Below are positions 54,303 through 64,000 of a stretch of DNA of 64,000 nt, piece after piece. This stretch comes from Octopus sinensis (Eukaryota), in the NCBI RefSeq assembly GCF_006345805.1, contig NC_043000.1:132308001-132372000 (forward strand). The letters run 5' to 3'. Each line of letters opens with the position of its first letter. Positions within the stretch are counted from its first letter, which is position 1. The notes beneath the pieces were generated by a model. That model saw only the letters and a list, made by a program, of their open reading frames with translations, did no database searches and was not told the DNA's origin. The position numbers and the translations under genes are program-made.

Positions 54303-54597
54303 TGTGGTAAGTATATATATATATACATATACATACACATATACACCCACCCACAAACGTGCATACACATGTATGTGAATATGTCTATGCATTTCTTCTC
54401 TACTTGTGCTGTATGAACAGTTAAGGTGGTTTTAGAGTAAGGTTCTGGCTGCTATTTTCAGCATGGCGGTATCCCGTAGATACCCTAAATTATAATTTTA
54501 ATAATAATTATTACCTTTGAAGATTTTTATTTCCATGTTGGCCCCTTGATAGGATCGTTATTTATTTTAAATTAACGATCTTATCCTTATATATATA

Positions 54598-54615
54598 TGA
54601 AAGAAGCCTGTCGTG

Positions 54616-54656
<41 letters not shown>

Positions 54657-54882
54657 TTGTGTGTATGTGTGTTTGTGTGTCTGTGTTTGTCCCCCTAGCA
54701 TTGCTTGACAACCGATGCTGGTGTGTTTACGTCCCCGTCACTTAGCGGTTCGGCAAAAGAGACCGATAGAATAAGTACTGGGCTTACAAAGAATAAGTCC
54801 CGGGGTCGATTTGCTCGACTAAAGGCGGTGCTCCAGCATGGCCGCAGTCAAATGACTGAAACAAGTAAAAGAGTAAAAGAGT
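54598..54882 (+). mobile_element. SINE family A, 5'-truncated
   Basis: Consensus match. Confidence 0.9.
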
Positions 54883-55486
54883 ACATATACATATATATTT
54901 TGATTAATTTATATATATATATATATATGCATCTATCTATATATCACTATGTACATACACACGCACACACACACACGCACACCCACACGCACACACACAC
55001 GCGTATGCATGCACACGCACACACACACACACACACAAGTGAAAATCTGCCTGAATGTGTTTTGCAGATATGTATATGTATGCATAAATGCATCTACGCG
55101 TAAAACCGAAAGAAATTTTATAAATTAATTCTTGCAAGAAATCTTCCGATTCGCACTCGCAGACACACACACGTACAGGAATACAGGCATGCTCACAACC
55201 GCACACATATACACGCCAAGAAAAATCTGCTGACACAGCATTCGTACAGAAACTCCGACAGCTGTACCTAAACGCACACACGCAAATGTTACTAGTACAA
55301 ACAAGGCTTGTTTTCGCTTTGTTTATTGTTTGTTATCCTGTTATCAGTAGAAAATGTAGTTGTAACATTGAGTTCAATAAAGACGTCTATTTAATTGTAT
55401 TCATAGGATTAAGATGGCGAGCCGCAAAATCGTTAGCGAATCGGACATATTGCTTAGCCATGTTTGTTCCGGCTCTTTACATTATC

Positions 55487-56222
55487 TTTTTGTTTTTCTT
55501 GTTTCAGTCATTAAACTACAGTCATGCTGGGTCACCTCATTGAGGAAAAATCGACTCCAGTACTTATTTCTTTTTAAAGCCTGATGCTTAATTTATCGTT
55601 ATCAAAGAAGCTTGAGAGGCGGTTGGAATGAACCTACACTCGCCTCCTTATGAGAGCTCAAAATCTCTCGTGGAAGCGTCATCCAACCAAAATGCAAATA
55701 TATGGGAAACTACCACCTGTGTCATCTCTTGTGAAAGGTAGGAGAGTCCAGTTTGCTGGACATTGTTGTCGAGCTGTAAACGAGGCAATTTCTACTCTTC
55801 TCCTCTGGAAGCCATCTACTCGCAATACCAGAGGGCGCACACTCTCCTACCCTGATGTAATCTCCAGGGATACAAGCATCCAGCAACAGGACCTCCGTAA
55901 TACCATGATGGACCGTGAAGTCTGGCGTAGCATGGTAAATTCCATTGTCTCGACCACGGTCGAACAATGATGATGAATGATATTTTATCGCTAAGTTAAA
56001 CCCGATTCTTATTTTATCGTAAACACACCAACACCGGTTGTAAGGCGGTCGGTGGTTGGGGACAATATATATAACGGTCTTCATTTCATGAAATTCACTC
56101 GCAAGGCCTTAGTTGACGCGAGACTATAGTAGAAGATACTTCCCAAAGGTGCTACGCAGTGGGACCGAACCCGAAACCATGTGGCTGGGAAACAAACTTA
56201 CCACTCAACCACGCCCACGCCT
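55487..56222 (-). mobile_element. Old SINE-A split by a LINE fragment
   Basis: 55487-55598 and 55991-56222 are collinear with the A consensus. Confidence 0.7.
55599..55983 (+). mobile_element. RTE-group LINE 3' end, 5'-truncated (exact clade uncertain)
   Basis: LMRAQNLSWKRHPTK..IYGKLPPVS...RRVQFAGHCCR...LLLWKP...MMDREVWR; (TGA)n tail; TTTATCG duplicated at 55592 and 55984. Confidence 0.82.
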
Positions 56223-56333
56223 TACTTCAAATTCTGTCTTTCATTATTTCTTCGTTGACACAATAAAGAACCAACTCAAGCATTGGGGTCGATGAAATGA
56301 CTAACCCTCCAGTCCTCTCAAATTACTGATCTT

Positions 56334-56500
56334 GTGTGTACGTCCCCGTAACTTAACGGTTCGGCGAAAATAACTGATAGAATATGTACCAGGCTAAAAA
56401 ACAAAAAATTGCAGGAGTCGATTCATTCGACTAATTTTCTTTAAGGCGGTGCCGCAGCATGACCGCAGTCTAATGACTGAAACAAGTAGAAGATACAAAA
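56334..56500 (+). mobile_element. SINE family A 3' fragment
   Basis: Consensus match. Confidence 0.75.
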
Positions 56501-56656
56501 ATAAAATGTAACTCATCCACTGGCTTTTCTTCGAGATGCTGTTATAGGTTTTTAGCCCCAGATCAGCCCTGATTAAACAAATCTGTTATCTAAAGGATTT
56601 CAATCATGATTATATCGTTTTGACCATCTATGGTTGCGATTTCTAGTTGGTTGAAT

Positions 56657-56954
56657 TTGTTTGTTCCTTCTAGAGCCTCGCCTGGCTCATGAGGACCGGT
56701 TTCCCGGTTTCCTTGGCGTATAGGTTCCCCACCTGGATGCTACGCCAGTCCATCGCAGGTGAGCTGCAAGATGCAGGAAGAAAGAGTGAGAGAAAGTTGT
56801 GGCAAAAGAGTCAGCAGAAGTTCGCCATTACCTTCTGCCGGAGCCGCGTAGAGCTTAGGTGTTTCGCTCATAAATACATAAACATCGCCCGGTCTGAGAT
56901 TCGAACCCACGACCGCGAGTCCGCTGCTCTAACCACTAGGCCATGTGCTTCCAC
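56657..56954 (-). mobile_element. SINE family C, tail type 4
   Basis: TSD AGTTGGTTGAAT / AGTTGGCTGAAT; matches 34767-35066. Confidence 0.88.
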
Positions 56955-57278
56955 AGTTGGCTGAATGACTATGTAGGTGTCCCTTCTTAGATATTTTGAA
57001 TTATTATCTTCGTGTTTTTACTCTTTTACTCTCTTACTTGTTCCAGTCATTTGACAGTGGCCATGCATATATATAAGTGCTAACAGTCTTAATAAGGGAA
57101 ACATGTCAGTGAACGTTGGAAGAAATGAATTTGCTTATGATAGATAAGGTCTTATGAAGTTCTGGTTGAGTACTTGCATTGTTGCTTATTCAGTTCTCAC
57201 ATTTGATGTTTACTTGCATAACATACAGTGTGAGCATGATGTTGCGAGAGATATTAAGCTATTAAAATACATATACTA

Positions 57279-57500
57279 TTTTACTCTTTTACTTGTTTCA
57301 GTCATTTGACTGTGGCCATGCTGGAGCACCGCCTTTAGTCGAGCAAGTCGATCCCAGGACTTATTTTTGTAAGCCTAGTACTTATTCTATCGGTCTGTTT
57401 TGCCGAACTGCTAAGTTACGGGGACGTAAACACAACAGCATCGGTTGTCAAGCGATGTTGCGGGGACAAACACAGACACACAAACACACACACACACACG

Positions 57501-57537
<37 letters not shown>

Positions 57538-57674
57538 GACGGGCTTCTTTCAGTTTCCGTCTACCAAATCCACTCACAAGGCTTTGGTCGGCCCAAGGCT
57601 ATAGTAGAAGACACTTGCCCAAGGTGCCACGCAGTGGGACTGAACCCGGAACCATGTAGTTCGTAAGCAAGCTA
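57279..57674 (-). mobile_element. SINE family A
   Basis: Consensus match. Confidence 0.92.
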
Positions 57675-57769
57675 GCAAAGCAGGTAAGAAAATAGTGATT
57701 ACAAAACATTCGTGTAGCAATGGACTAACTAGAATAAAGAAGAAACTAATGTCCATGCAAGAATATATA

Positions 57770-57770
<1 letters not shown>

Positions 57771-57839
<69 letters not shown>

Positions 57840-58042
57840 TGCCTGTTTTTCCCCTGAACATCGCTTGACAACCGATGCTGGTGTATTTAAGTCCCTGTAA
57901 CTTAGCAGTTCGGCAAAAGAGCCCGATAGAATAAGTACTAGGCTTACAAAGAATAAGTCCTGGGATCGATTTGCTCGACTAAAGGCGGTGCTCCAGCATG
58001 GCCACAGTCAAATGACTGAAACAAGTAAAAGAGTAAAAGAGA
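57771..58042 (+). mobile_element. SINE family A 3' half, starting at its (GT)n tract
   Basis: Consensus match. Confidence 0.9.
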
Positions 58043-58216
58043 ATGAGTACTAATCTGTTCCATCGACAGTATACGATTTCACCACTTTTCCACAAAAATC
58101 CGACGTATTATCTATTACTGTCCATGGCAACGTATAAGTGAATGTGGATTTACTTGGAAAATGATTTAAGTCAAATAACAATTATCTGCTTCAATACTTC
58201 GCTAATATTTCTACAG

Positions 58217-58595
58217 AAATTTCGTCCGTTTTTACGTCCTGTGTTCAAATTCCGCCGAGATCGACTTTACTTTTCATCTTTTCGGGGTCGATAATATGAC
58301 TACTGTCGATACTATGACTAGGGTTGAATTACCTCCTCACCCGAACTTGCTGGGGTTCTTTTTTCTCCAAAATATGAAATCAGTATTCCTACAGAAACTA
58401 AGGCAGCGAGGTGGAAGAACTGTTAGCATGCCGGACGAAATGCTTAGCAACATTTCGTCTGTCTTTTTGTTCTGAGTTCAAATTCCGCCGAGGTTGACTT
58501 CGCCTTTCACCCTTTTGGGGTTGATAAGATAAGTACCAGCTGAACACTGGGATCGCTCTAATCGACTTAACCCCTTCCTCAAAATTGCTGGCCTT
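58217..58595 (+). mobile_element. Two adjacent diverged SINE-B copies
   Basis: TTCAAATTCCGCCGAG motif at ~58245 and ~58477. Confidence 0.8.
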
Positions 58596-58937
58596 TTAAT
58601 AATTCCACTAGAACTTTATAATCTGAACATGACCTAAACATAAAGTCAGATTTAAAGAGAATTTACAGAAAGCATTGCCTGTGAAGCGGCACAGGCAAAA
58701 TAATGAATTCACACATGCAGTAGTACACCAGTTAACCAAGATACTCATTTTGTTAATTTGCTTTGAAATTCATCCTTGATCCTTTTAACAAATTTCTTAA
58801 GCCCATCTAATCCATTTACTTGTTATTTCCCCCCAGTCATAATTCTGACAAAACTTTCTCACTCTTATGATTACTAAATCTTGACTTTTGAAATATTCCT
58901 ATAAAAATTATCTTCAACTAATTATAAAAATATTAAA

Positions 58938-59349
58938 TAGGAGTGGCTGTGTGGTAAGTAGCTTGCTTACCAACCACATGGTTCCGGGTTCATTCCCACT
59001 GCGTAGCACCTTGGGCAAGTGTCTTCTACTTAGCCTCGGGCCGACCAAAGCCTTGTGAGTGGATTTGGTAGACGGAAACTGAAAGAAGCACGTCGTATAT
59101 ATGTATATGTATATATATACATTTGTTTGTGTGTGTATATGTTTGTGTGTCTGTGTTTGTCCCTCCAACATTGCTTGACAACCGATGGTGATGTGTTTAT
59201 GTCCCTGTAACTTAGCGGTTCGGCAAAAGAGACCGATAGAATAAGTACTAGGCTTACAAAGAATAAGTCCTGGATTTGCTCGACTAAAGGTGGTGCTCCA
59301 GCATGGCCGCAGTCAAATGACTGAAACAAGTAAAAGAGTAAAAGAGAGT
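58938..59349 (+). mobile_element. SINE family A
   Basis: Consensus match. Confidence 0.92.
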
Positions 59350-59974
59350 AAACCTTAAACTGCGAGCAATGCCAAGTTTACGATATCATAGGTATTTAGA
59401 CAACGCGTACTTCTTATGTCAGAAGTTTCTTTCCGGAAGACATCCAGACATCAGAGGAATTTTTGCATCTCGACCGAAAAGAAAAACTTGGTATAATGAC
59501 TTCTTTTCTTATGAAGTAAGAACACAAAGAATGACTGCCATATTCAGCTGTTTCCTCTTCAGTTGTTGTTTTTCTTGTTGTTGTTGTTTAGCCCTAGGCT
59601 ATCTCTGATTGAGCCGACCTATGATCAAAGGCATTCTAACTGCCACCATCTATGTCTAACCAATATGTTCTTCCTTATTTAAGCCAGTAGGCCAGTAGTG
59701 TTGGTGTCAGAATAAAATGCCTCAGTACATCAAATAGAGAGATTGATGAGAATTTTACTGTTATTTCTTACAGGTCGAGTTACCACGAAGAGATTCTTTT
59801 ATTGGCTTATTATTTTTAGCAGTTGTTCTGTCGTGTATACTAGATTTCTATCTAAAATACGGGAGAGATCCTTGTATACATGAACTCTTTCTAGGATTGC
59901 GCCGACTCCTGCACTTTTCAGAATGTCATATTCAGCCATGCTGATTAATGCATTCCAAAACAGAGAGGATGGCT

Positions 59975-60240
59975 TTGCCATGTGCTAACACACCGACGAC
60001 AGTCTCTTCAACTCGGGAAGTCTCCGCATCAAAACCGAGGCAAAAGTGGAAACTATGACGGTGTCTATTTACTACTGCCTTGACTCACAATACAAGCTCA
60101 GAGCCTGAGATACAGTAGAGCACGAACAGGTCTTCAACTTGCAGTGATTGTAGACTCACCATCAGTATATAGAAAACCAAATTGACTGCATGAACCACCA
60201 CTTCACAAGGAATATGAGGCACCTGCAATATATAAAACTG
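59975..60240 (+). mobile_element. Highly decayed RTE RT remnant
   Basis: HTDDSLFNSGSLRIKTEAK and LTISI*KTK resemble the RTE motifs RTDGSLFNLRRL.AKTK and GLTISLKKT. Confidence 0.5.
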
Positions 60241-60434
60241 ACACTATCAAGTGTTTTGTAATGTCGACTAAGGTTGTTTAGAGGCTACGATACTACTTCT
60301 GGCACTCACCCTGAATTTGGCAAGCTGTAAACACCATGTCTGCTTTAAAGTAGCAAACACCATGTCCCTCTTTAAAGTAGCATTGTCTCTCAAGTAGGAG
60401 ATTCTAAAGTGAACAAGTAATTGTTCTTTCCAGA

Positions 60435-60746
60435 AGGCCGACCAAAGCCTTGGGAGTAGATTTGGTAGACGGAAACTGAAAGAAGCCCGTCGAATATATG
60501 TATATATGTATATGTATGTGTGTGTATATGTATGTGTGTCTGTGTTTGTCCCCCCCCCCAACATTGCTTGACAACCGATGCTGGTGTGTTTACGTCCCCG
60601 TAACTTAGCGGTTCGGCAAAAGAGACCGACAGAATAAGTACTAAGCTTACAAAGAATAAGTTCTGGGGTCGATTTGCTCGACTAAAGGCGGTGCTCCAGC
60701 ATGGCCGCAGTCAAATTACTGAAACAAGTAAAAGAGTAAAAGAGAG
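60435..60746 (+). mobile_element. SINE family A, 5'-truncated
   Basis: Consensus match. Confidence 0.9.
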
Positions 60747-61805
60747 GTTCCTAGAGGTTGTTACAACATTGACGATTTCCTTTTCTTTTTTTTAGTAGAG
60801 GTGGAAAATTAAGGCAAACATTAACTCCGATGGGATGTTCTTGCACCACATTGAGTTGAAGAGTTCAGAGAGGCCAGCGACAAATCAAGGACCAGCGCTG
60901 TGATATATTTCCGCTACAATGGCATCAGATCCAGGGACATTGACACTTGATAGAAAAGAATATTTGGCTCTCTTGATCTTATCATTCGTGGCAAAGTCAA
61001 TAAGGAACATGTGGACTTCAGTTGCCTTACCTCTTGCCAACACTCCATATTTCTATATTAACACCCACCAAACATACATGCTTCCCTATTACAACGTACC
61101 AACATGTCAGCTCTTCCATTTTACCTACCGCCAACTCTTCTATACTTTCCCACAAGTTTTTCTACACCATTACGTACCTAACATCTCACAGAACTCAGCA
61201 ATGTTCAATCTGTTCATACTTTTACTTTATTTTTTCTGGACAGCTTATGCATGAACTTTGTATGCTCAGGGTTGTGGAAACTATTAAAACCATTATTCTA
61301 GGTTCTCTTTATAAATATTCGATTGTATTAATTGTTTTCTTTTTTTTTTATTAATTTTTTTTCTCAGTCGAATTCAGCATCGTAAACAGTATGAACTAGC
61401 TCTAAAGCTAAAAGCTAATGCTTTTGTAGAAAGGAACTAATGTCATCACACCATCTTATTTTTCTTCCTAGAATCTACAACTCTGCACTACATCGCTCAC
61501 CATAAGTACAAAAATAAAACGAACAATATAACAGCAATGTACATCAACAACAGCAATAGCAAAAGAAACAACATCAACAATATATATACAATATACTCAT
61601 TAAGAAGAAATCAAAACTTGAAAAAAATAAATAAATAAACCAACAGAAAAATTAAAAAGTGGGGGGATTCTAGTATAAAGGCAGCAGGAAGAAGAGAATG
61701 ACATGAAAATAGAAAATAAATATAGGGGTAAACAAATAAATGAATAAAAATGATAAGGAAAAATAAAAGAGACAAAAGAAACAAAGTGTGTGATTGTGTG
61801 TGTGT

Positions 61806-61866
<61 letters not shown>

Positions 61867-63099
61867 TTTACTGAATAAAGGAAAAGAATACAGAAAAAAA
61901 AGAAGAGGCATTTGAAACTTATAATGACTATATGAAACAAAAGGGAAAATGCAAAGAGATAGAGATGAGGAAAATAAGGAAGAAGATTAAAGAAGAAAAA
62001 AAATGGTAAAAAGAGAAAAACTTTTGAAAAGCAGAAACGAGAATAATTGAGTAAATAAAAAGTAAAATTAAAAATAAAGCAGAAATGAAATAAAATAAAA
62101 GCAGTCATTGTGTCAGGTCAGAAGGTTAATGTGTATGTGCGTGTGTATGCGTGCGTGTGTGTGTGTGTGTATGTGTGTGAGTGTGTGTGTGTAAATGTGT
62201 GTAAATGTGTGTATGTGTATATTGCGTGTTGTGTATGTATTAAATTATGGTGAGACATTTGCAATAATTAAAGATTGATAAATCGCATACACGTGTATAT
62301 ACATAATAAAAAACACACATGCGCACATTTACGCATGCATATAAGTACATACGTACACGAACATATACACATGCATACTTATACACACACTAACACGCGC
62401 ACGCACAAACACACAATGATATATAAAGACTTCCAAAACGCATATGCGTCTATGTGTGTGTGTGTGTATGTGCGTACGTGTGTATGTGTCCGCGCGAGCG
62501 TATGTGTGTGTACGGTAAAGTTTTGGTATGTACTCGTGTATTGTAGTAGCTGCAGAGAGGACTATTATTCTCAGCTGTCTTCATACAACTTTCAACACAT
62601 ATATTCTCTGACTGTTAATATTTATCTTTAGTTAAGTGCTATTTGTTAAAATCTCGCTCACAGTGAGTAGAAAAGTCTTAAACGTTAATGGGAAACATGG
62701 AGTACGAGGTGAGATTGATCTTTGGCATGTTCAGAAACAGCTCTGGTTTTATTAGACCATATCATAAAAACATAGTATACCAAATTCTAAATGACTTGGA
62801 ACTATACATATTTTGCGTGAATGAACATTGATGGGAGTGATAACTTAAAAGAACCGATAGAGAAAGTTATCCAGAGACACCTTCTGCGTGAAAAACTTAT
62901 AGAATAAAATTAGTAGTCCCTAACCGCAAATCATCCTGCTTGTTACATATCTAGCCTATTTTTTTTTCTTTTAGATAGCAAAGTACGACAAGGTTAATTT
63001 TATCCTCCACTAATTAGGACGTTAAAAAAGACAAGAAAAATCAGCTTCATGTGCTTTTATTGAGTGGAGTAAATATTCAATATATTTTGATGTCACACG

Positions 63100-63475
63100 A
63101 CTTGCTTTGCCGTGAAACTGATATCTCGCTCACAACATCATAAGCGGAAAGTGTAACATCTCGAAAGAGCTGTTCTTCACTCCTGCTCCAGAGCGTCGGC
63201 TGCGGGGTCACTCCGAAAAGCTCTATCTGCGACGACTTTATCTCAATCGAAGGAGAGGGGCTTTCTCCGTCAGGGTTGCGAATCCGTGGAATAAGCTGCC
63301 GGACGAGATAGTGAAGATGCCGACGACCGCTCGGTTCAAAGTCTCTCTTGACCAGAAATGGCCTGAACTCTTTGCATGAACACCCTCCCTGTACATAACT
63401 CCATGTCCCCCTACATGACCTTGCTTTTGCTTTTTGAGTCAAAAATTAACTTAACTTAACTTAACTTAACTTAAC
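63100..63475 (+). mobile_element. CR1-clade LINE 3' end with (AACTT)n tail
   Basis: LRGHSEKL...RRGAFSVRVANPWNKLPDEIV...FKVSLD (CR1 C-terminal RGH..KL / FS.RV...WN.LP); short 3'UTR; pentamer tail 63446-63475. Confidence 0.88.
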
Positions 63476-64000
63476 GTTATGACTTCATTGTCATTTTGTA
63501 AATCTATTATTCTTCTGGAAGATTGTCTTCGTTGTCGATTACTTGACTTCAAGCTGGCTGTTACATAGAACTTGAACAGAGAGGGCAATAGTTTAGGATT
63601 GCTGAACCATGTCACCATGCAATCATTGCAGACAGTCACGATAGGTAACGATACACTTATGAAACAATTTATCTTTCAAAGCTATCCATTCGTTGAAACT
63701 GTGGACTTGAAGTGTAGATGTGTACCCCATATAAAGAGCCAATTTAGAAATGAATGCAGTGATGGACGCTTTGCAGGCAACAACCGGTTTTTGCTTTTTT
63801 TTCGACAACGTATTAAGATAATTTAGCCTGATGAATATGTCATTAAGGAACAGACATCAGATTTAGCAACCACCAGGGAAAAAGATTGCTGAGTGCTTTG
63901 AAAAAATATTCTATGCTTGCATTAAAGAGTCCAGTCCGCTAAAGGGGCAAAATTGTTGTCATTTATCAACCATCGTACAATACAAAATCCTTGCATAGTC

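Noticed and set aside
63446-63475. (AACTT)n as a telomeric repeat
   Set aside because: It is the 3' tail of the CR1 fragment and is not TTAGGG

Overview
AT-rich animal genomic DNA dominated by microsatellites and retroelements. The repeat complement looks like a coleoid cephalopod, most likely Octopus (inference from recalled SINE families, not a database hit). I found no supportable host protein-coding gene, rRNA, true tRNA or CRISPR array, so the window is probably intronic or intergenic, and nearly all listed ORFs are microsatellite or SINE artefacts. It contains about 20 copies of a tRNA-headed SINE with an internal microsatellite (family A), about 10 copies of a second SINE (B) that forms 184-bp tandem multimers, and two SINE heads (C, D) that exchange 3' tails. 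It also holds fragments of R4/Dong-like, RTE, L1/Tx1, CR1, Ty3/Gypsy and Penelope retroelements, an intact non-autonomous Helitron and a Tigger-type MITE. The best leads are: (1) a ~200-bp (TA)n-embedded element, in two copies, carrying a minimal hammerhead-ribozyme fold with a non-canonical CUGUYGA core, one copy flanked by a ~100-bp duplication; (2) SINE-B multimers with a fixed junction; (3) three R4/Dong-like lineages each ending in a different microsatellite, two of them sharing a covarying 3'UTR hairpin; (4) recurrent close inverted SINE-A pairs (candidate ADAR substrates); (5) a perfect 64-bp inverted duplication. Family labels A-E are my own, and coordinates were counted by eye and may be off by a few bases.
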